DNA from: an uncultured bacterium | Lineage (GTDB): Bacteria > Actinomycetota > Acidimicrobiia > Spongiisociales > UBA5794 | Reading direction: 5' to 3' | Assembly (NCBI GenBank): GCA_963801165.1 | Contig: CAWDDT010000010.1 | Coordinates: 160,001-224,000 of the forward strand | DNA: 64,000 nucleotides | Shown: piece after piece, positions 9,867 to 21,086 of the stretch | Layout of the letters: each line of letters begins with the position of its first letter | How positions within the stretch are numbered: the stretch's first letter is position 1 | Notes under the pieces: generated by a model | The model's database searches: none | Seen by the model: only the letters and a program-made list of their open reading frames with translations | Told to the model about the DNA's origin: nothing | Made by a program: the position numbers and the translations under genes

Positions 9867-11263
9867 GCAACCCGGGTCGGACCCCGCGGCTCTTCTCGGT
9901 ATTCAGCGTCATCGGGGCCATCGTCATCGTGGGGAGCTGGTTGCTGTCCGCACGCCAAAACCCAGTCGCCGTGGCGGTGCATCGCCCTCTGGTTGTGGCC
10001 GCCGCCGGCAAGGTCCCGACCACGACGATGTCGCCATCGACGACCATACCGGATATCGAGGCGTTGATCCCGCTGTCGACCGAGGCGATGACCGGGACCG
10101 TCGCCAGGTCGGTCGGCTTCGTGCTGTCCGAGCATGGCACGGGGAGCGGGGTCGTGATCGGCGACGACCTGCTGGTCACGAATGCGCACGTCGTGTGGCC
10201 CGACTCCATCGTTACCGTCGTGTTCCAGAACGGTGCGATCGTGCATGCGAGAGTGCTCGCTCTGGATCCTTTTGTCGATCTCGCCGTTGTCGATCTGAGC
10301 GGCCTCTCCCGCAAACCGGCGCCTATCGCCATCGGCTCGGTCACCGACCTGAGCGTCGGCGACGCCCTCTACGTTCTCGGCTACCCGGCTCCCGACGAGT
10401 TCACGCCGGAGCCGTCGCTCGACAGGGGAGAGGTCCGGGACATCTCCGACTGGGAGTTCACCGGGGTCCGCTGGGTCACTATCGAAGCCCCGGCTATCGG
10501 TGGTCAGAGCGGCGGTGCCGTAGTAGACCAATACGGTCGTCTCGTGGGCGTGAGCACGTTTGGCAGCATCGCCTCGCTGACGTCGATTGCAATCGATGAT
10601 GTCCTTACCGCGGTCGACCGTCTCCTGGCGTCTCCGGTCGTGCGCGGTCTCGAACCGAGGACGCTTCCGCACAACGGGGCGAAGCACAGCAACGATGTCT
10701 CGCTGGCTGGTCCCTGGGATCAGCAGCTGCTGCTCGGTTGGTTCGTCCCTAGCGCCGACGTTGCGGTCGATTGGGCGCCGGGATCGGGGGAGCTGCGGGC
10801 TACGACGTTGAGCGGCGACGAGATCACCGCGGGCGAGGGATCGATCGACTTCGTTCCCGAATACGCGTTCCCGGTGGTTGTCGATGCTGAGGCCGACACA
10901 ACCGTCTCCGGCTCCGTGTCGAGTTCGCTCCCGCTGATTGCGTATCCGGACCCGGACCACGGCAAGTTCCTGCCACGGCGAGGTGCTACGCCGGGCATAT
11001 ACGACGTCGGGGGAGATCGGGACTTCTTCTACTTGACCCTCGAGGAGGGTGAGGACGTCTCGATCACGATCGAATCAGCGGCACGAACACTGCTCACGGT
11101 ATACGGGCCCGACGGAGAGGTCGTCGCCGCGGACAACGACTTCGCCGGCTTCATCGAGAGCAACGCCAGCACGCAGTTCACGGCGCGGACTTCGGGCCGC
11201 CACATTGTTGCCATCGAGAGCTCGCACGCCACGGTGTCCGGCTACATGGTCGTGACGCAATAG
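9863..11263 (+). CDS. Membrane-anchored S1 (trypsin-like) serine protease with C-terminal PPC-like domain
   Basis: N-terminal TM helix; catalytic triad motifs TNAHVV, VDLAVV, GGQSGG; C-terminal DRDFFYLTLEEGEDV...VYGPDGEVVAADND. Confidence 0.82.
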   Translation: MSNPGRTPRLFSVFSVIGAIVIVGSWLLSARQNPVAVAVHRPLVVAAAGKVPTTTMSPSTTIPDIEALIPLSTEAMTGTVARSVGFVLSEHGTGSGVVIGDDLLVTNAHVVWPDSIVTVVFQNGAIVHARVLALDPFVDLAVVDLSGLSRKPAPIAIGSVTDLSVGDALYVLGYPAPDEFTPEPSLDRGEVRDISDWEFTGVRWVTIEAPAIGGQSGGAVVDQYGRLVGVSTFGSIASLTSIAIDDVLTAVDRLLASPVVRGLEPRTLPHNGAKHSNDVSLAGPWDQQLLLGWFVPSADVAVDWAPGSGELRATTLSGDEITAGEGSIDFVPEYAFPVVVDAEADTTVSGSVSSSLPLIAYPDPDHGKFLPRRGATPGIYDVGGDRDFFYLTLEEGEDVSITIESAARTLLTVYGPDGEVVAADNDFAGFIESNASTQFTARTSGRHIVAIESSHATVSGYMVVTQ

Positions 11264-11357
11264 GGGCGTCGGCTCCCGGCACGGGATGTATCGAGTCAGA
11301 CGCTAACCTCATGCAACCGAAATCCACATTCAACTGAGATCGAGCTGCGGAGCAACT

Positions 11358-13064
11358 GTGCGTTGGTCACAAGCATTCATTCCCACCCTTCGTGACGACC
11401 CTGCCGACGCCGAAGCCGTGAGCCACAGGCTATTGGTGCGTGCGGCGTTCATCCGCCAGCTGATGGCAGGGGTCTACACGTTGTTGCCCCTTGCGTACCG
11501 GTCGCGGCGCAAGATCCGGCGCATCATCGAGGAAGAGATCGATGCCATCGGTGGCCAGCAGTTTCTCTTCCCTTCGCTCCATCCCGCCGAGATCTGGCGC
11601 AAGACGGGCCGGCTCGAGATCATGGGCGACGAGATGTTCCAGTTTCTCGACCGCAAAGCGGGAGAGATCGTCCTGGGGATGACCCACGAGGAGATCTTCA
11701 CCACAATCGCCACTGAGATCACGTCCTACAAGCAGCTGCCGCAGATCTGGTATCAGATCCACACCAAGTTCCGGGACGAGCCGAGACCGAAGTCGGGTCT
11801 GCTCCGGGTGCGGGAGTTCACCATGAAGGACTCGTACTCCTTCGACCTCGACCAGGAAAGCCTGGACAAGGCGTTCGATGCCCACTACGCCGCGTACAAG
11901 CGGATCTTCGCCCGACTCGGCTTGGACGCAGTGCCGGTGGCGGCTTCATCCGGGGCGATGGGCGGCGCGGGATCCGTGGAGTTCATGGTCCGGTCGGAGG
12001 CCGGTGAGGATCTTGTCGCGCACTGTGCCCATTGCGGGTATGCCGCCAACGTCGAGACGGCAGCAAGCCGTGTCGACCCTGTCACCGACGGTCCGGAGAC
12101 GGCGCTCGAGAAGTTCCCCACGCCGGGGGTACGGACGATCGACGATCTTGTGAGTTTTGCCGCGGGCGCCGATGCCGTGCGCCAGATCAAGACCCTCGTC
12201 TACATGCTCGATGGGGAACCTGTCCTGGTGCTGATGCGGGGAGACCATCCGCTGCAGGAACAGAAACTGCAGGATCAAACCGGTGCTGTGGAGATCCGGC
12301 CGGCACACCCGGAGGAGATCCATGAGTTGCTCGGGGCAGATGCCGGAAGTCTTGGGGCGGTCGGCGTGACCAATGTGACCATCCTGGCCGACGAAGGGCT
12401 GCGGGGCCGTGCCAACATGACGACCGGCGCCAACGAGAACGACCACCATCTGCGCGGTGTGTCAGTCGAGCGTGACATCGAAGTGACCCGGTGGGTCGAC
12501 GTGCGTGAGGTGGCAGTGGGTGAGCCCTGTGGGCAATGTGGCGAGCCCATCGAAGTGTTCCGGGCCATCGAATGTGGGCACATCTTCAAGTTAGGCACGA
12601 AGTACTCCGTGCCCCTGGGCGCGATGGTCCTGGACCAGAACGGCAAGACCCGGCCCATCTACATGGGCTCGTACGGGATCGGGCTGGAGCGAAACCTGGC
12701 GGCGATCGTGGAGACGCATCACGATGACAAGGGCATTGTGTGGCCGGTCACCGTTGCTCCCTACGAGGTCGTCGTCACCGTGCTGAAGCTCGACGAGACC
12801 ACCCTGGCGGCGGCTGAGAGCCTGTATCAAGGGCTCCTCGGCGAGGGTGTCGACGTCATCATCGACGATCGAGATGAGCGGCCCGGTGTCAAGTTCAACG
12901 ACGCCGAGCTGGTTGGCATCCCCTTCCGTGTCACGGTTGGTCCCCGCAGTCTCGGTGAAGGGGTAGTGGAGGTCACACAGCGGGCTGGCGGAGAGACCGC
13001 CGCAGTGCCTATTGGTGAAGCCGTGGCGGCGGTGACCGCCGCAGTGAGGCAGGCGCGGCGCTAG
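11358..13064 (+). CDS. proS: Prolyl-tRNA synthetase (bacterial type, with INS editing domain)
   Basis: [14 protein letters not shown]...[25 protein letters not shown]. Confidence 0.99.
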   Translation: MRWSQAFIPTLRDDPADAEAVSHRLLVRAAFIRQLMAGVYTLLPLAYRSRRKIRRIIEEEIDAIGGQQFLFPSLHPAEIWRKTGRLEIMGDEMFQFLDRKAGEIVLGMTHEEIFTTIATEITSYKQLPQIWYQIHTKFRDEPRPKSGLLRVREFTMKDSYSFDLDQESLDKAFDAHYAAYKRIFARLGLDAVPVAASSGAMGGAGSVEFMVRSEAGEDLVAHCAHCGYAANVETAASRVDPVTDGPETALEKFPTPGVRTIDDLVSFAAGADAVRQIKTLVYMLDGEPVLVLMRGDHPLQEQKLQDQTGAVEIRPAHPEEIHELLGADAGSLGAVGVTNVTILADEGLRGRANMTTGANENDHHLRGVSVERDIEVTRWVDVREVAVGEPCGQCGEPIEVFRAIECGHIFKLGTKYSVPLGAMVLDQNGKTRPIYMGSYGIGLERNLAAIVETHHDDKGIVWPVTVAPYEVVVTVLKLDETTLAAAESLYQGLLGEGVDVIIDDRDERPGVKFNDAELVGIPFRVTVGPRSLGEGVVEVTQRAGGETAAVPIGEAVAAVTAAVRQARR

Positions 13065-13138
13065 GCGCCCCCCGGGCCCGGTGCCTCGTGGTCGCACGAG
13101 GTGCTATCATCACGCGCCCAACAGAGAACAAGTCTCTT

Positions 13139-13166
13139 GAGGTGGGCCCGCGCCCGCCTCGTTTTG
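13139..13166 (+). promoter_or_regulatory. rimP leader hairpin (attenuator-like)
   Basis: GAGGTGGGC-ccgc-GCCCGCCTC followed by GTTTT upstream of rimP; matches the known GGG/CCC rimP-leader. Confidence 0.7.
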
Positions 13167-13191
13167 TGTGCAAGTGTGTAGGAGGAGCAGC

Positions 13192-13674
13192 GTGTCCGGC
13201 AAGGTCGAGCGGCTATGGGCCGTTATCGATCCTTATGTAGCCGCGGAGGGTATAGAACTCGACGATCTCGAGATCGTAGGACAAACGCCTGGTGCTGTGG
13301 TGAGGGTCACCCTCGACGCCGAGGGCGGTGTCGGGGTCGATCGTCTCGCGGAGCTGTCGCGGCGTTTGTCCCGGTTGCTCGATGAAGAGGACCCCGTCAC
13401 CGGGGCCTACACGTTAGAAGTGACATCGCCCGGTTTGGAGCGCAAGTTGCGGCGCCGGCGCCACTACGAGAAGTCTCTGGGACGCGAGGTCAAGGTCAAG
13501 AGCAATTCCGAGATTGCCGGTCAGCACAGACACCGGGGCATTCTTGCGGCGACGGGCGACGATGGGTTTGTCGTCGAAGTAGATGGAGAAGAGCGCGAGA
13601 TCGCCTACGGTGATGTTGTGGCTGCGAGCACGGTGTTTGCGTGGGAGAAGGCCGCGAAACCGGGGAAACGGTGA
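13192..13674 (+). CDS. rimP: Ribosome maturation factor RimP
   Basis: YTLEVTSPGLERKL; GGAGG RBS before GTG 13192. Confidence 0.95.
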   Translation: MSGKVERLWAVIDPYVAAEGIELDDLEIVGQTPGAVVRVTLDAEGGVGVDRLAELSRRLSRLLDEEDPVTGAYTLEVTSPGLERKLRRRRHYEKSLGREVKVKSNSEIAGQHRHRGILAATGDDGFVVEVDGEEREIAYGDVVAASTVFAWEKAAKPGKR

Positions 13675-13687
13675 GAGAGGATTGGCT

Positions 13688-14989
13688 ATGGACTTCAACC
13701 TGATGCTGGATGCGCTCGACGGGGTGGCTCGGGAGAAGGGCGTCCCCATCGAGACCATCCTCGACGCTCTGGCCAATGCGTTCGTCTCCGCATACAAGCG
13801 CACCCCGGGAGCGGCCGAGGAAGCACGTGTCACCATCGACGCCGATACCGGCGAGATAACTGTGTACGGCCAGGAGCTCGACGAGGACGGCAATGTGATC
13901 CGCGAGTGGGTGGACACTCCCGAGGACTTCGGCCGAATCGCGGTCCAAACGGCAAAGCAGGTCATCACCCAACGTCTGCGTGACGCCAAGCGCGAGCAGG
14001 TCTTCGACCTGTACGACGGTCGGGAAGGCGATCTCGTCACCGGGATCGTGCAGAGCTCGGACCACCGCTATGCCATGCTCGATCTGGGCAACGCCGAGGC
14101 CATCATGCCCGGCTCGGAGCGGATTCCCTACGAGCGTCTCGAACGAGGCAACCGGATAAAGGCATACATCCTCGAGGTGCGCGGTGAGGGGAAAGGCCCG
14201 CAGATCGTCGTATCGCGCAGCCATCCGGAGTTCATCCGCTCGCTGTTCGAGCTGGAGGTGCCCGAACTGGTCGATGGCGACGTCGAGATCAAGGCTATCG
14301 CCCGCGAGCCGGGGCACCGCACGAAGATCGCGGTCCTCTCCCACGACCCGAACGTCGACCCGGTCGGTGCCTGTGTCGGCGCCCGCGGTTCCCGGGTACG
14401 GCAGGTGGTCAACGAGTTACGCGGTGAGAAGGTCGACATCGTCGAATGGCGTGACGACACCAGGGCGTTCATCTCTGAGGCATTGAGCCCGGCGCGGGTC
14501 AAGGAAGTGCGTCTCGACGAGGGCGAGAAGATCGCAACGGTGATCGTCCCCGATCACCAGCTGTCGCTGGCGATCGGCAAAGAGGGGCAGAATGCGCGGC
14601 TTGCCGCACGTCTCACGGGATACAAGATCGACATACGGTCCGAGAGCCAGGACCTCGGCCTGGACATCGAGGACGAAGAGGTCGAGAACGAAGAGGTCGA
14701 GAACGAAGAGGTTGCGCCGGAGCGAGCCGATGAGGCTTCCGAGGGCGTCCCCGTGGACGAGCCGGCCGGTGCGGTCACCGAACCGGACGAACCGGGAGCC
14801 TCCGTGGAGACCCCGCTCGCGGTCATCCCTGAAGCTGTCGCCGAAGATGTCGCCGAAGCTGCGGTCTCGGCCGCAGATCCGGCCGAGCAGGAGGCCGTGG
14901 ACGAAGAGCAGATGGCCGAGGACATGAGCGAGGACATGAGCGAGGACATGAGCGAGGTTGAGACGGAATCGGACGATTTGGAGGTCTAG
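13688..14989 (+). CDS. nusA: Transcription factor NusA with acidic C-terminal tail
   Basis: FGRIAVQTAKQVI, AREPGHRTKIAV, GACVG, LSLAIGKEGQNARLAA. Confidence 0.98.
   Translation: MDFNLMLDALDGVAREKGVPIETILDALANAFVSAYKRTPGAAEEARVTIDADTGEITVYGQELDEDGNVIREWVDTPEDFGRIAVQTAKQVITQRLRDAKREQVFDLYDGREGDLVTGIVQSSDHRYAMLDLGNAEAIMPGSERIPYERLERGNRIKAYILEVRGEGKGPQIVVSRSHPEFIRSLFELEVPELVDGDVEIKAIAREPGHRTKIAVLSHDPNVDPVGACVGARGSRVRQVVNELRGEKVDIVEWRDDTRAFISEALSPARVKEVRLDEGEKIATVIVPDHQLSLAIGKEGQNARLAARLTGYKIDIRSESQDLGLDIEDEEVENEEVENEEVAPERADEASEGVPVDEPAGAVTEPDEPGASVETPLAVIPEAVAEDVAEAAVSAADPAEQEAVDEEQMAEDMSEDMSEDMSEVETESDDLEV
14673..14953 (+). repeat. In-frame tandem repeats in nusA tail (15-bp x~2.7 at 14673-14712; 12-bp GAGGACATGAGC x3 at 14918-14953)
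   Basis: Seen directly; they encode EEVEN and EDMS repeats. Confidence 0.85.
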
Positions 14990-15021
14990 GGGCCTGCAAT
15001 ATGGGCATATGGAGGTGACAG

Positions 15022-17091
15022 TTGGCTAAGACGCGCGTATACGAGTTGGCACGAGACCTTGGGCTGGAGTCCAAGGACGTGCTGGAGCGCGCCCAGGATC
15101 TCGGGATCGATGTGAAGACCGCCTCCTCAGGTCTCGCGGACGAAGAAGTCCAACTGGTCACGCTCTCATACGAAGAAGAAACCGCACCCGAGCCGGCGCA
15201 GCCTGTCGCTGTGGTGGCGCAACCGGACCCCGAACCGGAACCGGAGCCGGAAGCACAGCCTGCGCCGGAGCCATCGGCGCCTGTTGCACCCGAGCCCGCA
15301 CCACCGCAGGAGCCCGGCGATGACAAGATCATCGCAGTTACACCGGGCGTGACCGTCTCTGAGTTTGCCACCGAGATCGGCGAACGAACCGGGACTGTCG
15401 TCAAGGAGCTCATGGGGATGGGCGAGATGGTTCCCGGGGGCGGCACCATCCCGCATCATGCCCTGGAGTCGCTTGGCAAGTTGTTCGGCTTCGAGGTTCT
15501 CGTTGAAGAGAAGGAAGACGACGAGACCGACACCGGCCCGGTGCATCACATGGTCGAGTACGAGGACGACCCGGCCAGCCTGGAGCCGCGACCACCTGTA
15601 GTCACGGTCATGGGTCATGTCGACCACGGGAAGACCCAGCTGCTCGACACCATCCGCAAGTCGAACGTGATTGCGGGTGAGGCGGGTGGCATCACCCAGC
15701 ACATCGGTGCCTATCAGGTAGAGCGCCAGGGATCCAAGATAACCTTCATCGACACCCCGGGTCATGAGGCCTTCACCGCGTTGCGCGCCCGTGGCGCGAA
15801 CGTAACCGACATCGCCATCATCGTCATCGCTGCGAACGATGGTGTGATGCCGCAGACGGCCGAGGCAATCGCCCACGCCAAGGCGGCGGATGTTCCCATC
15901 ATCATCGCCATCAACAAGATGGATCTCGCCACTGCGAATCCTGTCGGAGTGAAGGCTGCGCTGACCCAGCACGGTATCGTCGTCGAAGACCTCGGTGGCG
16001 ATGTCGTATCCGCCGAGATATCGGCACTCACCGGGGACGGGGTCGATGATCTCCTCGAGATGATTGCTCTGGTCGCCGAAGTCGAAGAGCTGAAAGCAAA
16101 TCGCAACGCCCCTGCAATCGGGACGGTCATCGAGAGCCGGCTCGAGGTCGGGCGGGGCCCGGTCGCCACCGTGATCATCGAGCGAGGCACACTCAAGGAG
16201 GGCGACGCCATCGTCGCCGGTGCCGTGCCCGGTCGGGTACGTGCCATGTTCGACGACCAGGAGAAGAAGCTGAAGAAGGCCGGCCCATCCACCCCGGTCC
16301 TCATCATGGGCTGGGACGACATCCCCGTGGCCGGTGACATGTTCGAGGCGGTCAAGAACGACCGGGCTGCCAGGAAGCTTGCCGACGAGCGCAAGTACGA
16401 AGAGCGCTCTTCGACCCATATTGTCCCAACGGCAACAGAGCGTCTCGAGACTCTTCTCGAGAATCTGCGCACCGCCGACCATGCCGAGCTGCGCATCATC
16501 GTCAGGGCCGACGCTACGGGCTCCCTCGAGGCGATCCGGGATTCGGTCAGCAAGATCACCCGCGAGGACGGCAAGGTGACCATCATCCAGGGCGCCGTTG
16601 GTGGAGTCACGGCCAACGACGTGATGTTGGCAGAGGCGTCCGACGCAATCATCTACGGTTTCAACGCCCGTCCCGATGCCGCCGCCCGCGCCGCCGCCAA
16701 GGATGCCGGCATCGACGTCAGGACGTTCTCGATCATCTACGAGTTGCTCGACGACATTGAAGGGATGCTGCTCGGAGAGCTGGCGCCGGAGGAGGTCGAG
16801 TCGTTCCTCGGTGTCGCAGATGTCCGCGAAGTGTTCCGGGCGCCGCGCCTCGGTCACGTCGCCGGGTGCTACGTGACGGAAGGCGAGATCAACCGGAACG
16901 CTCGTGCCCGTGTGGTTCGGGACGGCGTCGTGATCTACGAAGGCAAGATCATCTCGCTGCGCCGCTTCAAGGACGACGTCCCTTCGGTTGCCGCCGGGTA
17001 CGAATGCGGCATCGGTCTCGAGAACTTCCGCGACATCAAGGAAGGCGACACCATCGAGTCGTTCGAAGTGAGGGAAGTGGCGCGGGTCTAG
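15022..17091 (+). CDS. infB: Translation initiation factor IF-2
   Basis: [33 protein letters not shown]; TTG start. Confidence 0.99.
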   Translation: MAKTRVYELARDLGLESKDVLERAQDLGIDVKTASSGLADEEVQLVTLSYEEETAPEPAQPVAVVAQPDPEPEPEPEAQPAPEPSAPVAPEPAPPQEPGDDKIIAVTPGVTVSEFATEIGERTGTVVKELMGMGEMVPGGGTIPHHALESLGKLFGFEVLVEEKEDDETDTGPVHHMVEYEDDPASLEPRPPVVTVMGHVDHGKTQLLDTIRKSNVIAGEAGGITQHIGAYQVERQGSKITFIDTPGHEAFTALRARGANVTDIAIIVIAANDGVMPQTAEAIAHAKAADVPIIIAINKMDLATANPVGVKAALTQHGIVVEDLGGDVVSAEISALTGDGVDDLLEMIALVAEVEELKANRNAPAIGTVIESRLEVGRGPVATVIIERGTLKEGDAIVAGAVPGRVRAMFDDQEKKLKKAGPSTPVLIMGWDDIPVAGDMFEAVKNDRAARKLADERKYEERSSTHIVPTATERLETLLENLRTADHAELRIIVRADATGSLEAIRDSVSKITREDGKVTIIQGAVGGVTANDVMLAEASDAIIYGFNARPDAAARAAAKDAGIDVRTFSIIYELLDDIEGMLLGELAPEEVESFLGVADVREVFRAPRLGHVAGCYVTEGEINRNARARVVRDGVVIYEGKIISLRRFKDDVPSVAAGYECGIGLENFRDIKEGDTIESFEVREVARV

Positions 17092-17193
17092 GAGTGTGAT
17101 GAGGACTTTCAGTTCAGGCCCGACACCGTGGTCCGTAACCCGGGATCTGTTCGGTGTGGCGGCCCTTCCCGGTGATCGCCCCGCACCCTTCTA

Positions 17194-17487
17194 GTGCACG
17201 TCGCGGCGTTGCGTCTCGAGTTGAGAATCCGGGATGCCCATTCGCTCAAGGAGAAGCGACACGTGATCAAGGGCCTGTCGAGCCATCTCGCCCGCACCTT
17301 CAACGTTGCCGTGGCAGAGGTCGACCACCAGGATCTGTGGAACCGGGCGACGCTGGGCGTCGCCGTCGTGGCGCCTGATGCGTCACAGCTGGACCGTATC
17401 CTGCATTCAGTGCAGCGACATATGAGAGAGCGCACGGACGCCGAGCTCATCGGCGTCAGCGTCAGCTACCTGGAGAAGCCCGAATGA
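17194..17487 (+). CDS. DUF503 (YlxP-like) protein
   Basis: HSLKEKR...FNVAVAEVDHQDLW; lies between infB and rbfA. Confidence 0.93.
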   Translation: MHVAALRLELRIRDAHSLKEKRHVIKGLSSHLARTFNVAVAEVDHQDLWNRATLGVAVVAPDASQLDRILHSVQRHMRERTDAELIGVSVSYLEKPE

Positions 17488-17864
17488 GCAAGCCGCCCTC
17501 GCCACGGATGCGCAAGGTCAATGAGTTGCTGCGCGAGGTCATCGCCGAGGAGACAGCTCAGCTCAAGGATCCCCGTATAGGCTTTCTCACCATCACCGGG
17601 GTAGATACGGCGCCGAACCTGCGCACGGCCCGGGTCTACTACTCGGTCATCGGAGACGACGACGAGCACAAGGCCACCGCAGCCGGACTGGAGAGCGCGG
17701 CGAAACGGTTTCAGGCGGCAATCGGGAGCCAGACCCGACTCAAGTACACCCCGGTGCTCGAATTCCGACTGGACACGTCCATCGAGGGCGGTTTCCGGAT
17801 CGACGACCTGCTCCACCGTCTCGAAGAGGAGCGCGAGGAACACGAGGAGCACATCCATGAGTAG
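17484..17864 (+). CDS. rbfA: Ribosome-binding factor A
   Basis: LKDPRIGFLTITGV...LKYTPVLEFRLD. Confidence 0.97.
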   Translation: MSKPPSPRMRKVNELLREVIAEETAQLKDPRIGFLTITGVDTAPNLRTARVYYSVIGDDDEHKATAAGLESAAKRFQAAIGSQTRLKYTPVLEFRLDTSIEGGFRIDDLLHRLEEEREEHEEHIHE

Positions 17865-18816
17865 TCCACTGCAACAAGCTGCCGCTGCGCTGCGTGCCGC
17901 CGACACGATCGTGGCGATGGGTCACGTTGGGCCAGATGGTGACGCCCTCGGGTCGATGCTTGCGATCGCAGGCGCCGCCGCCGGCGCCGGAAAGCAGGCA
18001 TGCGCCACCTTTGGCGAGCCATTTGTGGTCGCCAAACAGTTTCGCTTTCTGGACACGTCGCTGCTCGTCTCGCCCGGCCGCGTCACGATGAATGCAGATG
18101 TGGCGGTGGTGGTCGACACGTCGGTTCCCGCACGATTGGGTAGTGCTCTCCCCATTGCACAGCGAGCAAAACAGGTCGTGATCCTCGACCACCACTTGTC
18201 TCAAGACGGTGAACTGGACGGCATCCAGGTGGTCGATACCACGGCGGGCGCCGCAGCTCAGGTCGTCTACAGGCTTCTCCAGGAGCTGCAGTGGCCGCTC
18301 ACCCCCGAGGTGGCAACTGCCCTCTATACCGGAATCGTCACGGACACCGGGCGGTTCCAGTACTCGGCGACGAGCCCCGAAGTTCACCAGATAACGGCCG
18401 CCCTGCTCGAGGCTGGTGTCGAACCGGCGCTCGTGGGTCGCCATGTTTACGAGGAGTCACCGTTTGCCTACCTCCATGTGGCCGGCGAGGTGATGCGCCG
18501 GGCACAGCTCGACACCTCCAAGAGGCTGGTCTGGTCGGTGCTCGCCATAGCCGACCTGGCAAGGGAGAAGCTCGACTACGAGGATGCCGACGGGTTGATC
18601 GACCTGCTCCGTATCGCCGAGGAGTCGGATGTCGCGTGTCTGCTCCGAGAAATCGGCGATGGCAAGTACAAGGGAAGTCTGCGGTCGCGCGGGCGAGTAG
18701 ACGTGAGTGCGATCGCCGGGCTGTTCGGGGGAGGCGGGCATCACAACGCCGCCGGTTTCGTCGCGACCGCAGACAGCGGTGCCATCATCTCCGCTATCCG
18801 GGATGCCCTGCCGTGA
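17857..18816 (+). CDS. nrnA: DHH/DHHA1 phosphoesterase (NrnA-like oligoribonuclease/pAp phosphatase)
   Basis: HVGPDGDALGS, LDHH, TDTGRF, GSLRS, GGGGHHNAAG. Confidence 0.92.
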   Translation: MSSPLQQAAAALRAADTIVAMGHVGPDGDALGSMLAIAGAAAGAGKQACATFGEPFVVAKQFRFLDTSLLVSPGRVTMNADVAVVVDTSVPARLGSALPIAQRAKQVVILDHHLSQDGELDGIQVVDTTAGAAAQVVYRLLQELQWPLTPEVATALYTGIVTDTGRFQYSATSPEVHQITAALLEAGVEPALVGRHVYEESPFAYLHVAGEVMRRAQLDTSKRLVWSVLAIADLAREKLDYEDADGLIDLLRIAEESDVACLLREIGDGKYKGSLRSRGRVDVSAIAGLFGGGGHHNAAGFVATADSGAIISAIRDALP

Positions 18817-19712
18817 GCGGTGAAGCCGGATTCCTGCTCATCGACAAGCCGGGCGGCTGGACGTCACATGACGTCGTGGCCAAGGTGCGCCGCATTCTCG
18901 GGATCAAGAAAGTCGGCCACGCCGGAACTCTGGATCCAATGGCCACGGGTCTCGTCGTCGTCGGTGTCGGCAGAGCCACCCGGCTGCTTCGCTTCGTCCA
19001 GGGAGCACCCAAGGAATACGTCGCCCGCGCCGTGTTTGGCGTGGCCACCGACTCGCTCGACGCCGACGGGGCGATCCTGGAGCGGACCGAGATGAGGGTG
19101 ACTCGGAGTGAGGTCGAAGCGGTGATGGCACGCTTCGTCGGGACGATATCGCAGGTGCCGCCTATGGTGTCGGCCCGCAAAGTCGGCGGGCGAAAGCTCT
19201 ATGAATTGGCGCGCGCCGGAATCGAGATCGAACGAGAAGCCCGCGAGGTGGACATCGAGAGTCTCGAGATGATCGACTTCGCCCCTCTCCCATACCCTGA
19301 GGTCACGTTCCGGACGGTTTGCGGCACCGGGACCTACGTGAGAACGCTCGCCGACGATATGGCGATCGCACTCGGGGGGCGGGCGCACCTGAGTGCTCTT
19401 CGTCGCATCCGCAACGGGTCCCTGCATGTGGACGACGCAAACACGATCGACGACGTCGAAAGGTCCGTCGCTGCGGGAAACAGGGCAGAGATCCTGCTGC
19501 CGCCACGCGCCGGACTTCCCGACCTCGCCGAGGTCGTCATCGGAGATGATCTGGCGGCAGGGGTCGCCAGCGGGTTGGCGTTTCCGTCGGCTGCCCTCTC
19601 TGACCGCGATCCGGGGCCTGGTCCGCTCCGCGTCGTCGGGAGTGACGGTCGGCTGATTGCGGTCTATCGCGTGGAGGAAGGCAAAGCCATGCCCGAGGTG
19701 GTTCTGGGATGA
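18813..19712 (+). CDS. truB: tRNA pseudouridine(55) synthase
   Basis: DKPGGWTSHDVV, GHAGTLDPMATG, GTYVRTL. Confidence 0.98.
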   Translation: MSGEAGFLLIDKPGGWTSHDVVAKVRRILGIKKVGHAGTLDPMATGLVVVGVGRATRLLRFVQGAPKEYVARAVFGVATDSLDADGAILERTEMRVTRSEVEAVMARFVGTISQVPPMVSARKVGGRKLYELARAGIEIEREAREVDIESLEMIDFAPLPYPEVTFRTVCGTGTYVRTLADDMAIALGGRAHLSALRRIRNGSLHVDDANTIDDVERSVAAGNRAEILLPPRAGLPDLAEVVIGDDLAAGVASGLAFPSAALSDRDPGPGPLRVVGSDGRLIAVYRVEEGKAMPEVVLG

Positions 19713-20626
19713 AGGTGCTGTCGGGCGACTACCGGGCGTGGCAGCCGCGCACCGAACCGGCGGCGGTGACGATTGGCGTTTACGACGGCGTCCATCTCGG
19801 GCACCAACGCGTGCTCGAGACGTTGCGGGATACCGGGCTGCCGGTGGTCGTTGTGACATTCCGCGACCACCCGATTCGCGTCATCGCACCGTCGTCTGCC
19901 CCGCCGTTGCTGACCACGACCGAGCAGCGTCTCGAGCTGTTCGAGAGCTGTGGGGTGGACACTGTCGCCCTTCTCGAGTTCGACGACGAGCTCCGGCGGC
20001 TTTCTGCCGAGGACTTTGTCGAGAAGATCGTGGTCGCGATACTCCGGGCGCGCCGTGTGGCGATTGGTCGCGGTTTCCACTTCGGCTACGACCAGCTCGG
20101 CGATGTGGCCCTACTGCGCCGGATGGGTGACCGCTTCGGATTCAGCGTCGATGACATAGAGATCCTGGAAGCGGGGGTGCCGGTGCGGTCGACGGTGATC
20201 AGGGCCCTGCTCGAAGCGGGGGACGTGGCTGCTGCCGACCGTATGCTTGGGAGGCCGTTCCGGCTGGAAGGCGAAGTCGTCCCGGGGGATCGGCGGGGCA
20301 GGACGATCGGTTTTCCCACAGCGAACCTGGCACCGGATCCAGAGGTGATCGTCCCCGGCTCGGGTGTATACGCTGTTCACACCCGCTTCGACGGCGTCGA
20401 GCACGACGGCGTCGTGAATGTGGGTAAGCGGCCGACATTCGGTGGGACCGCATCCGTCGTCGAGGCCCACGTGCTCGACTTCTCAGGGGACCTGTACGAG
20501 AAGGTGATCGCGGTCGACTTCATCGAACGGCTGCGAGCCGAGCGCAAGTTCGACGGCGTAGACGATCTCGTTGTGGCCATCCGCGCCGACATCGTCCGCG
20601 CCCGAGAGATCCTGGAGGGGACATGA
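19709..20626 (+). CDS. ribF: Bifunctional riboflavin kinase/FAD synthetase
   Basis: IGVYDGVHLGH, GRTIGFPTAN, GKRPTF, EAH. Confidence 0.97.
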   Translation: MKVLSGDYRAWQPRTEPAAVTIGVYDGVHLGHQRVLETLRDTGLPVVVVTFRDHPIRVIAPSSAPPLLTTTEQRLELFESCGVDTVALLEFDDELRRLSAEDFVEKIVVAILRARRVAIGRGFHFGYDQLGDVALLRRMGDRFGFSVDDIEILEAGVPVRSTVIRALLEAGDVAAADRMLGRPFRLEGEVVPGDRRGRTIGFPTANLAPDPEVIVPGSGVYAVHTRFDGVEHDGVVNVGKRPTFGGTASVVEAHVLDFSGDLYEKVIAVDFIERLRAERKFDGVDDLVVAIRADIVRAREILEGT

Positions 20627-21012
20627 CGGAGTTGCGAGTCGAGTCGGGTTCGCCATACGAGGAGCGATACGGATTCGTTCGTGGTCTCCGCCAAGGCTCC
20701 CGTGTGGAGATTGCGGGCACCGCTCCGATACCCGAGCCCGGCCGGGCAGTCGCCGATACCGCTTTTGCTCAGATGCTCAGATGCGGTGAGATCGTGGCCG
20801 GAGCTCTCGAGCAACTCGGTAGCTCCTGCGACGATGTGGTGCGGACGCGAATGTACATAACCGACGCCGCCGACGCCGACGAAGTGGGCAGGGCCCACGG
20901 CGAACTGTTTGGAGCCGCTCGACCGGTGGCAACCATGGTGGTCGTCGCCGCCCTCCTCGACCCGGCCTGGAAGGTGGAGCTCGAGGTCGAGGCGATCGCA
21001 ACGAGCCCTTGA
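20623..21012 (+). CDS. RidA/YjgF-family protein
   Basis: SGSPYE...IAGTAP...DVVRTRMY...RPVATMV...KVELEVEA. Confidence 0.92.
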   Translation: MTELRVESGSPYEERYGFVRGLRQGSRVEIAGTAPIPEPGRAVADTAFAQMLRCGEIVAGALEQLGSSCDDVVRTRMYITDAADADEVGRAHGELFGAARPVATMVVVAALLDPAWKVELEVEAIATSP

Positions 21013-21086
21013 TCGCCCGGCGGCGGGTGCTTTTGTGGAGCAATGGCTAAGTTTGTCTGGAAACAACGCTCGACGAGAGGGGAACC

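Noticed and set aside
17092-17193. Possible structured RNA between infB and DUF503
   Set aside because: Only short GC-rich pairings and no recognisable family motif; cannot be supported without covariance analysis.
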